A stretch of DNA of 64,000 nucleotides. Source: Bacillota bacterium (GTDB lineage Bacteria; Bacillota; Clostridia; Christensenellales; SZUA-584). The notes below the pieces were generated by a model, which did not search any database, was not told where the DNA came from, and saw only the letters and a program-made list of their open reading frames with translations. The stretch's first letter is position 1. Every line of letters starts with the position of its first letter. Location of the stretch: assembly GCA_023436115.1 (NCBI GenBank), contig JAEZKQ010000026.1, positions 129,023-193,022 of the forward strand, read 5' to 3'. Of the stretch, positions 1-8,066 are shown one piece after another. The translations under genes were made by a program, and so were the position numbers.

Positions 1-333
1 AACAAGACCCTTCTCGGGAATCAGGCAATGTTCAATGCCCATCTCACCCACTTCAAAATAGTTGGTCAGATTTTGTTCCATTGCGAACTCGCGAATCATC
101 TTGCATTGCTCCGCCGCTTTGATATCCTTGTTCGGCGTAAAATGATCCGGTACAATGGCGATCTTGTCTTTGTCGAAAACAGACGAACGTCCCGACTTTT
201 TGAACTCGCGAATGGCTACGGGTGTCGTGATGTCGTTGCCCAACGCCAGATCGATACGCGCTTCGATAAACTGTCCGGCGTGAACCTCCTTAAGACCTGA
301 CTTACTCGCCAGTATTTTTTGTGTCATTGTCAT
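1..333 (-). CDS. leuC: 3-isopropylmalate dehydratase large subunit, N-terminal part (continues beyond the window edge)
   Basis: Reverse-strand reading from ATG at 333 (alternative 327) gives [44 protein letters not shown]..., a typical LeuC/HacA N-terminus. It starts 11 nt downstream of the leuA stop. It is absent from the ORF track because it runs off the window. Confidence 0.8.
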   Translation of the reverse strand, partial: MTMTQKILASKSGLKEVHAGQFIEARIDLALGNDITTPVAIREFKKSGRSSVFDKDKIAIVPDHFTPNKDIKAAEQCKMIREFAMEQNLTNYFEVGEMGIEHCLIPEKGLV

Positions 334-344
334 TCCCAATGTGA

Positions 345-1862
345 TCAGCCCTCCAACTTCATTTGATAGTAGTATCTGTTTATGGCATCGATATATGCCT
401 TGACGCTGGCCTCCATAATATCCGTGCTGAGTCCGCGTCCTTTCACCTTCTTGTCGTTCTTAGACAGCTTGACGACCACTTCGCCCTGAGCATCCTTGCC
501 ACCGCCAACCGAACGGACGATATAGTCTTCCAGCACGAAGCTGTCTCCGATACAACGCTCGATTGCGTTAAACGCAGCATCGACGGGACCGTCACCAGTC
601 GCCGCTTCTTCGATCGTTTCCCCATCATGTGTGACTTTCATGACCGCCGTTGATGTCATACGATTGCCGCTGTTGATGACAAACGTGTCAAACTCATAGT
701 CTGCCGGAATTTCAAACTGCTCTAATTCCACAAGCGCACGAATATCAAGATCGGATACATCTTTCTTTCTGTCCGCCAGTTTCTTAAATTTGTCAAAGTA
801 TTCGTTGAGTTTTTCATCATCTACAACGTAACCCAAGTCTTTGAGCCGCTCCCCAAACGCATGCTTACCAGAATGTTTGCCCAGAATAATGGCGTTTTCG
901 GGTAATCCGATAGACTCGGGTGTCATAATCTCATACGTCTTCTTATTGGCCAATACGCCGTGCTGATGGATACCCGCCTCATGCGCAAATGCATTGGCAC
1001 CTACCACAGCCTTGTTGGGCTGTACAGGCACACCCGTGATTCCGGATATCAGACGGGAAGCGTTATATATCTGCCTCGTATTGATATTCGTTGTGTAACC
1101 AAACAAATCCTGTCTGGTCGCGATAGACATAACAATCTCTTCGAGCGCCGCATTGCCTGCCCGCTCTCCGATACCGTTGATCGTGCATTCCACCTGTGTC
1201 GCGCCGGCTCGCACTGCCGCCAACGAGTTTGCCACGGCCAATCCCAAATCGTTATGGCAATGCACAGAAAGGTCAACCTTTTCGATTCCTCTCACGTTTT
1301 CTTTAATGCTTTTAATCAATGCGCCAAATTCCTCAGGCATTGAGTAGCCCACTGTGTCTGGTACGTTAATGCATGTCGCGCCAGCGGCGATCACGCCTTC
1401 GAAAACACGGTACAAGAACTCAGGTTCACTTCGCGACGCGTCTTCTGCTGAAAACTCAACATCCGCGCAGAGCGACTTTGCATATTTGACCATATCAACT
1501 GCCTGTTGATAGACCTCGTCCGGCGTCATTTTGAGTTTATACTCCATGTGGATCGGTGATGTCGCCAAAAACGTATGGATACGCGGGCTCACAGCCCCCT
1601 TCACCGCCTCATATGCGCGGTCGATATCCTTTTTGAGCGCGCGAGACAAGCTCGCGACGCGGGCATTCTTCACCGTTTCGGCAATGGTTTTGACAGACTG
1701 GAAATCGCCGGGTGAAGCAATGGCGAAGCCCGCTTCAATGACATCCACACCCAGCTTTTCAAGCTGACGTGCAACCTCTATTTTTTCTTGCAGATTCATG
1801 CTGCATCCCGGTGACTGTTCGCCGTCTCTTAATGTGGTGTCAAAAATCTTAATTGTTGCCAT
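345..1862 (-). CDS. leuA: 2-isopropylmalate synthase (about 505 aa form)
   Basis: The N-terminus [14 protein letters not shown], the HxH motif ([18 protein letters not shown]) and a C-terminal LeuA regulatory domain are present. The RBS is AAGGAGGAAG and leuC follows. Confidence 0.9.
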   Translation of the reverse strand: MATIKIFDTTLRDGEQSPGCSMNLQEKIEVARQLEKLGVDVIEAGFAIASPGDFQSVKTIAETVKNARVASLSRALKKDIDRAYEAVKGAVSPRIHTFLATSPIHMEYKLKMTPDEVYQQAVDMVKYAKSLCADVEFSAEDASRSEPEFLYRVFEGVIAAGATCINVPDTVGYSMPEEFGALIKSIKENVRGIEKVDLSVHCHNDLGLAVANSLAAVRAGATQVECTINGIGERAGNAALEEIVMSIATRQDLFGYTTNINTRQIYNASRLISGITGVPVQPNKAVVGANAFAHEAGIHQHGVLANKKTYEIMTPESIGLPENAIILGKHSGKHAFGERLKDLGYVVDDEKLNEYFDKFKKLADRKKDVSDLDIRALVELEQFEIPADYEFDTFVINSGNRMTSTAVMKVTHDGETIEEAATGDGPVDAAFNAIERCIGDSFVLEDYIVRSVGGGKDAQGEVVVKLSKNDKKVKGRGLSTDIMEASVKAYIDAINRYYYQMKLEG

Positions 1863-1953
1863 TTTTGCTTCCTCCTTTTTTTAAACTTTTTTGATTTCCA
1901 TGTTGCTTTGACTTGCGGCAACTCCCCCATCCCAGGCCTAAAGGACAGGGAAT

Positions 1954-2253
1954 AAAAAAAGCCCTTCGTCATTACAGAGACGAAAGACTTCGCGTTACCA
2001 CTCTGCTTGCGGCAAATAAGGCCGCCAGCTCATCAGGGTACAACATGATACCCGTCCTCGTGTAACGTTGAGTCACGACGTCTGCACCTACAAAAAGCTT
2101 CGGTACAGCGGCTTCTCCGGAGCGAGCTTCGTCAAACACTGCCTGCCGTCTTTCACCAACGCGACGGCTCTCTGCAAAGCAGGATTTCACTACTGTTCTC
2201 CATCACAGCCTTTATTGTTAATTATTATATGTTCAGCACAAGAACTTTGTCAA
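1954..2253 (-). promoter_or_regulatory. T-box leader with its promoter and terminator, upstream of leuA
   Basis: On the minus strand: -35 TTGACA (2248-2253) and -10 TATAAT (2224-2229). Stem I elements follow: AGAGAG bulge and distal GGTGAAA loop. The T-box sequence AGAGTGGTAACGCGAAG lies at about 1988-2004 and overlaps the 5' arm of a terminator hairpin (about 1961-1988) followed by a U-run (1954-1960). Confidence 0.8.
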
Positions 2254-2272
2254 TAATTAAATTTCAATTAAA

Positions 2273-2304
2273 GAAAAATGGCTATGAAAAAATGCTGTAT
2301 AGCC
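2273..2304 (-). terminator. Intrinsic terminator downstream of the pyrophosphatase gene
   Basis: Minus strand: GGCTAT-loop-ATAGCC hairpin followed by ATTTTTC, 17 nt after the stop at 2321. Confidence 0.5.
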
Positions 2305-2320
2305 TTATTTCTTTACCGTC

Positions 2321-4414
2321 CTAGAATAAACTGAGCAATGAACCGTTAATAAACAAACCAGCAAAAACAATGGATACCATCGACAGCAGCTTGATCAGTA
2401 TGTTGATAGACGGGCCGGATGTATCTTTAAACGGATCGCCTACCGTATCGCCGACCACAGCCGCCTTATGAGCATCGCTGCCCTTGCCGCCATAGTTACC
2501 TGATTCAATGTATTTTTTGGCATTGTCCCATGCACCGCCTGAGTTGGCCATCATGATGGCAAGTATAAAGCCCGTCACCGTCGCTCCCGCAAGCATTGCT
2601 GCAACTGCGTATGGCCCCAGTATCAAGCCGGTCGCTATCGGGAATATGATTGCTGTCAACGAAGGCAAAATCATTTCCTTTTGAGCTGACCTCGTACAGA
2701 TATATACACAGCGTGCATAATCCGGTTCAGCCTTACCTTCCATGAGTCCTACGATCTCGCAGAATTGCCTTCGGACTTCCACCACGATACCTTGCGCCGC
2801 ACGCCCCACCGCATTCATCGTCATAGATGAAAACAGGAACGGCAGCATACCGCCAATGAACAGGCCTGTCAGTGTGACCGGATTTAAAATATCAAGAGTA
2901 AATATGAAATCCGGCTTTAATATCTGTACCTCGTTCATAAAAGATGCGATCAGCGCCAGTGCCGTTAAAGCAGCTGAGCCGATTGCAAAGCCTTTTCCAG
3001 TGGCAGCTGTTGTGTTGCCCAGTGAATCAAGCGCATCTGTGCGTTCACGCACTTGCGGATCCATATGGCACATCTCGGCAATGCCGCCCGCATTATCCGC
3101 AACAGGGCCGTATGCGTCCGTTGCCAGCGTAATGCCAAGCGTTGAAAGCATGCCTACCGCAGAAAGACCAATGCCGAAAAGACCCATATTAAAGTTTACG
3201 CTGCCGCCCGACACAAAAAATGATACGAGTACCGAAGCGCCGATTATGAGTATTGGCAGCAGAGTTGACTTCATACCCAGCGAGAGGCCGCCAATAATCA
3301 CGGTCGCAGGCCCTGTTGACGAAGCGTCTGCTACCTTACGTGTCGGCTTATACGAATCCGATGTAAAATACTCTGTAAACAGCCCGATCAAAATGCCCGC
3401 AACAAGACCGGACATGATCGCAAAGAACACACCTATCATTTCAACGCCCATAACAAAGTAAACGAGCAGAAAAGCCACAATCGCTATCAATACAGAGCTG
3501 ATATAAACGCCTCTTCGCAGCGCTGATAGAAGCACCTTCTGTTCGGCCTTTTCGCCCGAGCGCACAAAAAATGTACCGATAATAGATGCAAGTATTCCAA
3601 TTGCAGCCATAATCATAGGTATCAGTACACCTTGGGTGCTGAGTCCCGCGGCAACTGCCAGTGAAGCGGTTGATACGATTGATCCTACGTATGATTCATA
3701 GAGATCGGCCCCCATTCCGGCCACATCCCCTACGTTATCGCCAACGTTATCAGCAATAACGGCGGGATTGCGCGGGTCGTCCTCAGGTATTCCGGCTTCT
3801 ACTTTACCCACAAGGTCTGCGCCAACATCAGCTGCTTTCGTGAATATACCGCCGCCCACACGCGCGAACAGAGCCATAGATGAAGCGCCCATGCCAAATG
3901 TCAGCATTGCCGATGTGATACCTTGAATACCTGCGGCAGTCGTCGGATTAAACCAGATCTGAAGAAAATAAAACCATATCGACAGATCCAGTAAACCAAG
4001 GCCGACAACCACAAACCCCATAACACCGCCTGACGAAAAGGCAACACGCAGTCCCTTATTGAGGCTCTGACTGGCTGCATAAGCCGTTCGTGAGTTGGCT
4101 GATGTGGCTATGCTCATACCGATGAATCCCGAAAGACCGGAAAAAAAGCCTCCGGTGATGAAGGCAAAGGGAACAAACGGATTGACAAAGCCTAAAAACG
4201 AAAGTACCAGTAAAACAACAAACATGGCGGCGAAGAATATACCGACACCGGTATACTGTCGTTTTAAGTAAGCCTTAGCTCCTTTTTTTATCGCCGCTGC
4301 AATTTTTGTCATCAGTTCGGTGCCGGTCGAAAAGCTCTTTATTCTCCAAGCGAGGAAACCTGCAAAAAGCAGCGACACCACTGCCCCAATGGGGGCTAGA
4401 ATCATAAGCTCCAT
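2321..4414 (-). CDS. hppA: Membrane-bound ion-translocating pyrophosphatase (H+/Na+ PPase)
   Basis: 697 aa polytopic membrane protein carrying hallmark motifs: GGIFTKAADVGADLVGKVE, DNVGDNVGDVAGMGADL and DAHKAAVVGDTVGDPFKDTSGPS. Confidence 0.92.
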   Translation of the reverse strand: MELMILAPIGAVVSLLFAGFLAWRIKSFSTGTELMTKIAAAIKKGAKAYLKRQYTGVGIFFAAMFVVLLVLSFLGFVNPFVPFAFITGGFFSGLSGFIGMSIATSANSRTAYAASQSLNKGLRVAFSSGGVMGFVVVGLGLLDLSIWFYFLQIWFNPTTAAGIQGITSAMLTFGMGASSMALFARVGGGIFTKAADVGADLVGKVEAGIPEDDPRNPAVIADNVGDNVGDVAGMGADLYESYVGSIVSTASLAVAAGLSTQGVLIPMIMAAIGILASIIGTFFVRSGEKAEQKVLLSALRRGVYISSVLIAIVAFLLVYFVMGVEMIGVFFAIMSGLVAGILIGLFTEYFTSDSYKPTRKVADASSTGPATVIIGGLSLGMKSTLLPILIIGASVLVSFFVSGGSVNFNMGLFGIGLSAVGMLSTLGITLATDAYGPVADNAGGIAEMCHMDPQVRERTDALDSLGNTTAATGKGFAIGSAALTALALIASFMNEVQILKPDFIFTLDILNPVTLTGLFIGGMLPFLFSSMTMNAVGRAAQGIVVEVRRQFCEIVGLMEGKAEPDYARCVYICTRSAQKEMILPSLTAIIFPIATGLILGPYAVAAMLAGATVTGFILAIMMANSGGAWDNAKKYIESGNYGGKGSDAHKAAVVGDTVGDPFKDTSGPSINILIKLLSMVSIVFAGLFINGSLLSLF

Positions 4415-4491
4415 ATTGCCTCCTCAAAAAGGATAATCTATATAAACTTAAGTTTATACGCGACAGAATATAAGTGATCAGAACAAGTCGT

Positions 4492-5085
4492 TTATATGTA
4501 TGCGTCATGAACATGCTTTAACACAGCAGCGAGAGAAAACCCCTGTTCTATTTTCCGTGATAAATACTCTTGAGCAATATGGAAGCAATCAAACAATCTT
4601 TTAGCCCGTATAACATCGGAATATACAATCCAGCACCCATTGAGCAAGCCGTGTTTACCTCTGTTCTTGATAAATCCCGTCACATCTGCGACCGGATATC
4701 CTAAGAAAAGTCCGATTTCATGAGGAAATCCTTGGGAGGCAGCCATTCGCAAACTCAGCCGCTCCAACATATCTTCAGATGAAAGCCATCTGGAGTACCC
4801 CATTTTTCCTAATATAAGAGCACGGTCAGCGCATCTTATATCCCTTAACAGCATGCTCTTGTTATAAATATAAAGCCATTGCCGATTTTCATTTTGGTAC
4901 AAAACACGAATAAACAAGCCTCTTGTCTGCCCATAAACGTTAAATTGTTTTATCTGGGTCGAGATGTCGCCATTTTTTGAATTGAATATAAGCAGGGATG
5001 CTGTCTTCAAACCAAGGAGAGTCGGAGCCGCATGCCATGCCAATAACGAGTCCAATAAAGAAATTGATTCTTTCTCTTTCATCAA
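4492..5085 (-). CDS. DUF3793-family protein (function unknown)
   Basis: The N-terminal LLAWHAAPTLLGLKTASLL pattern and overall size resemble the clostridial DUF3793 family. This is recognised from memory, not searched. Confidence 0.55.
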   Translation of the reverse strand: MMKEKESISLLDSLLAWHAAPTLLGLKTASLLIFNSKNGDISTQIKQFNVYGQTRGLFIRVLYQNENRQWLYIYNKSMLLRDIRCADRALILGKMGYSRWLSSEDMLERLSLRMAASQGFPHEIGLFLGYPVADVTGFIKNRGKHGLLNGCWIVYSDVIRAKRLFDCFHIAQEYLSRKIEQGFSLAAVLKHVHDAYI

Positions 5086-5178
5086 AGTTTATTATCTGCA
5101 CATTAATAAAAGCATAGTCATTTTTAATTTATCATTTGGGGCATAATAATAGGAAATATAGATGAAAGGAACACCATT

Positions 5179-5394
5179 ATGAAACGTAAGTTTGAAAGTC
5201 CAAGAGAAGATATTGATGATGATTACACGTCGCTTGATATTGCATCTAGCACCGAATGCACTGGTATGGTGCCATCTCCGCCGCTGGATGAAGCCGAAGT
5301 GGAAGGTTATGCCGATATATACTCAGTTCCCCAAAAGCAAGCAGAAAATGCGCGCGAAATGAAAGTGCGAGGCGGGAAACAAGTGCAAAAATGA
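5179..5394 (+). CDS. Small acidic hypothetical protein (71 aa)
   Basis: An AAGGAA RBS lies about 8 nt upstream and its own hairpin terminator follows 27 nt downstream. No recognisable domain. Confidence 0.45.
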   Translation: MKRKFESPREDIDDDYTSLDIASSTECTGMVPSPPLDEAEVEGYADIYSVPQKQAENAREMKVRGGKQVQK

Positions 5395-5420
5395 TATAAT
5401 AATATTCAATATTTGTATAC

Positions 5421-5447
5421 GGCCGGTTTATCAATCGGCCCTTTTTT
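5421..5447 (+). terminator. Intrinsic terminator
   Basis: GGCCG-loop-CGGCC hairpin followed by CTTTTTT. Confidence 0.6.
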
Positions 5448-5574
5448 CATCTAATTACTTTAAATAAAAAAATCGTTAATCAATGTATATTCGAAAATCC
5501 TTTTTAATGATATAATATAGAATAATTGATTATACGCATTTTTTGCGAGGATTCTTATTTGGAGGAACATATAT

Positions 5575-5859
5575 ATGTCTGATAAAGTCGTTCCCAAAAA
5601 TGTGTTGGAAGAACTGGTGTCATATAAGCTAGATGAGCTCATAAAAATAACAAACTGTTGCAATTGCGACCGCTGCCGAGCTGATGTTTTAGCTATGGCT
5701 CTAAACAAACTCCCTTCTCGGTATGTCGTCAGCTCAAGCGGCGATATCTATACACGTTTTCAGGCTTTGAGCCCTCAAATGCAGGCAAATATCACAACAG
5801 TTCTCATTAACGCCATTGAAGTCGTAAAAAAAGCGCCCCGTCATGATTTAAATAAATAA
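5575..5859 (+). CDS. ComFB-family (late competence development) protein
   Basis: Contains the CCNCDRCRADVLAMALNKLPSRYVV cysteine motif typical of ComFB. RBS is GGAGGAA. Confidence 0.7.
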   Translation: MSDKVVPKNVLEELVSYKLDELIKITNCCNCDRCRADVLAMALNKLPSRYVVSSSGDIYTRFQALSPQMQANITTVLINAIEVVKKAPRHDLNK

Positions 5860-6104
5860 CGATCTATATTAAAAGCAAAGTAAAAGTGATACTTTCTTTA
5901 GCACCACTTTTTTGTTTTGCGAAATCGGCAAGTTATCAAGCTTCTTGCAGTTACAACCCAAATACTATGATTATACTAATCCTATTGTTCCAAACCCTAG
6001 GGGCTTCAGTCACAAAACTGGCACAAATCAAGGCTTCTCATGTTTTGACATTAGTAATTCGTTTTGTATTTACAGTACCTATATATCACATTATATAAAA
6101 TAAC

Positions 6105-6131
6105 AAATATCCCCGGTTAACCGGGATATTT
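6105..6131. terminator. Perfect palindromic hairpin, probable terminator
   Basis: AAATATCCCCGG-TTAA-CCGGGATATTT. On the minus strand it is followed by GTTATTTTAT, so it may close the tail-gene transcript. On the plus strand no clean U-run follows. Confidence 0.45.
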
Positions 6132-6429
6132 CAAACATACGGCTACGCCTATTTCTCTCATAATACCGGCTTAAAATAAGCTTTGTTTCGAACTGATTGA
6201 AACATAACCTCAAATCTATAATACTTCAATGCTATCTACCAACATTCTTACCGATGTTTTAAATTGCTCAATGCCCAAATTCTCCCCCAACAATGATGCA
6301 AAGTATAGTCTATTTCTTTAAATAAAATGTCGTATCTTTTGAATAAATTTTACATATAATATTTGCTAGACTATTAAATCTGCTTTGGAATGTTTTAACC
6401 TTATTGCTGCTCTTTTCTCTGTAATAAGT

Positions 6430-6648
6430 CTATTTAGTAAAAACAGCTGATAAAACTATTTCTTCGCGTGATCCCGCTATTGGTTCCCCCGCATCAAGTC
6501 TGCGTTTTATTTCAGCATCAACGACATTGTCAATTGCGATACGACAGCGTTCATGGACAACATTTTCGATCCATTCTTGAATAGAAAGCACTTCAGTAGA
6601 AAGGGCTTTAGTCTCCACATCCGATAATTCAAAGCCAAAGTGAGCCAT
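6430..6648 (-). CDS. Small phage-module protein (72 aa), last gene of the cluster
   Basis: Good RBS (AAGGAG). Soluble and acidic with no predicted TM segment, so not a holin. It directly follows the C1q-like fibre gene. Confidence 0.5.
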   Translation of the reverse strand: MAHFGFELSDVETKALSTEVLSIQEWIENVVHERCRIAIDNVVDAEIKRRLDAGEPIAGSREEIVLSAVFTK

Positions 6649-6660
6649 ACTTACACTCCT

Positions 6661-7713
6661 TTACCCTAAAAATACTGCCTGAAAAAACAAACAATGATCG
6701 GGATAGTCAGCATTATAACCAGGCGCAGATATTGTTCTGCTGGTAAATAACCATACCTCAAGATAATCCCCTTCCACTAACGGTAACGTAATAACAAATT
6801 CACTCATGGGTATATCTACAGGAGTCATAGCTCCCCCGGAAAACTGCGTTACAATGCCATTTTTTCTTATTCCAATAGCATAACGTTCACCGTTACCGGG
6901 TGTGAACCAATACCCTCCGCACGTAATTAAATAACGACCTGAAACAGGAGCCGTAAATCTATCGGTTGATGCATTCCAGCAATTTGCCGCATCGCTAACT
7001 TTTATAGTGAATCCTCTCACCTTTTGCCACGATGTAACGGAAGTGAACTGTGCCCCTAATTTAACCCATGTAAAAATATTACCTTGGACTCTTAATCTAC
7101 CGTTTACAACAACATCATTTTCAAATTGAACTTTGTCTTTAAATTTTGATTTCAAAAAAACCTGAAGCTCATTAGCATCAGCTTTGCCGCCAATACCCAC
7201 ACCATCATTACCTGGTTTAAAATAAATGGCTCCGAATCGTAAACTTGAATTAATCCTTTCATCAGTAATATCTTCAGAAACTATTTGGACGGCATTTGCA
7301 TTTACGTAGATCTTTGCTAAAACAATTTCAAACACACCGTTATGATTATAAAGAGCAGGTTCTATGGGCGATTTTGATTTTAATCCCTTTTTAATACAAG
7401 CGTAGACACTGCCTTTTTCAGGATCTTTTCGAACCACAACAAGGTCAATTCGTGACAGAGTATCGGCTGCCTCAAGCTGAAGTGTCAAAAGTCCTGTACC
7501 ATTATCACTGACTTTGAATAGATAGCCATCTATTAGTACGACTCCAAAACCAATTTTGATACTCAATCCCTCTCCCGGAGAAACCCGAAGGTTATCACCA
7601 AGCTCCCATATGCCCGATGACACAAATTGGCGGCAATATTCAGCAATTCCATCCGCTCCATAACGTTTGTCAGTCATGGCCCCTTTGAAATACCTTCCTT
7701 CAATTAGCGCCAT
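6661..7713 (-). CDS. Tail fibre / receptor-binding protein paralogue 3 (shared N-terminal anchor domain, C1q/TNF-like C-terminal head)
   Basis: The N-terminus MALIEGRYFKGAMTDKRYGADGIAEYCRQF...DGYLFKV...RID..V.RKD...ITDER aligns by eye with the 8067-9194 and 11277-11882 products. The C-terminus FTAPVSGRYLITCGG...IRKNG...LVEGDYLEVWL...LFFQAVFLG fits a C1q-type jelly-roll signature. RBS is AGGAGG. Confidence 0.65.
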   Translation of the reverse strand: MALIEGRYFKGAMTDKRYGADGIAEYCRQFVSSGIWELGDNLRVSPGEGLSIKIGFGVVLIDGYLFKVSDNGTGLLTLQLEAADTLSRIDLVVVRKDPEKGSVYACIKKGLKSKSPIEPALYNHNGVFEIVLAKIYVNANAVQIVSEDITDERINSSLRFGAIYFKPGNDGVGIGGKADANELQVFLKSKFKDKVQFENDVVVNGRLRVQGNIFTWVKLGAQFTSVTSWQKVRGFTIKVSDAANCWNASTDRFTAPVSGRYLITCGGYWFTPGNGERYAIGIRKNGIVTQFSGGAMTPVDIPMSEFVITLPLVEGDYLEVWLFTSRTISAPGYNADYPDHCLFFQAVFLG

Positions 7714-7722
7714 GTGAACCTC

Positions 7723-8055
7723 CTAACAATCTTGTGCGCCTTCAAAATCCTTAACATATTCTTTTATATATGAATACAACAAGGCGACAATATTTTCCCC
7801 TTTCGATTGCATAATATCGGGAGCAAAGTGATCATCATACACCGAATCATCTTTATATGGTATATTATTATATAAGTCGATTCTCTTTTTTTCAGAATCA
7901 ATTGGGCTGCCGCCGGAAAAGCGTACCGTAGAATTGATATACGGCATAACTTCAATATGTATTTCCTTTTTTATAATATCAATTTCATATTTTGCAATTC
8001 GCCAATATTCCATATCAAATCCATACTGAGATCTGATAGTCTGCTTTAATGCCAT
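7723..8055 (-). CDS. Small phage-module protein (about 110 aa) following fibre paralogue 2
   Basis: The ORF track starts at 8067, but GGAGG lies 5 nt upstream of the ATG at 8055 (MALKQTIRSQ...). No recognisable domain and no TM segment. Confidence 0.5.
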   Translation of the reverse strand: MALKQTIRSQYGFDMEYWRIAKYEIDIIKKEIHIEVMPYINSTVRFSGGSPIDSEKKRIDLYNNIPYKDDSVYDDHFAPDIMQSKGENIVALLYSYIKEYVKDFEGAQDC

Positions 8056-8066
8056 AAAAACCTCCA

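Noticed and set aside
28-300. 90-aa plus-strand ORF at the window start
   Set aside because: The opposite strand encodes a textbook LeuC N-terminus in this interval. The plus ORF has no RBS and no recognisable motifs, so it is a shadow ORF.
2742-3461. 239-aa plus-strand ORF, plus similar long antisense ORFs (e.g. 22680-23453, 37045-37770, 39375-40046, 42892-43563, 43993-44979, 47877-48440)
   Set aside because: All lie antisense within strongly conserved housekeeping genes (hppA, gpmI, secA, OFOR alpha, ilvB, ilvD, ilvC). They have Ser/Arg/Pro/Ala-rich compositions typical of shadow frames and lack an RBS.
5995-6008. Short similarity (CCCTAGGGGCTTCA) to the T-arm region of tRNA-Lys (CCAGGGGCTCGA) as a possible att remnant
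   Set aside because: It is only about 10 of 12 positions with an indel, well within chance for a 570-nt region. It cannot support an attachment-site claim without a formal alignment.
5886-6103. Two overlapping plus-strand ORFs (70 and 63 aa) in the A+T-rich junction
   Set aside because: They overlap in different frames, lack an RBS and have hydrophobic low-complexity translations typical of AT-rich non-coding DNA. I considered a holin, but the strand is opposite to the tail operon and there is no coupled lysin.
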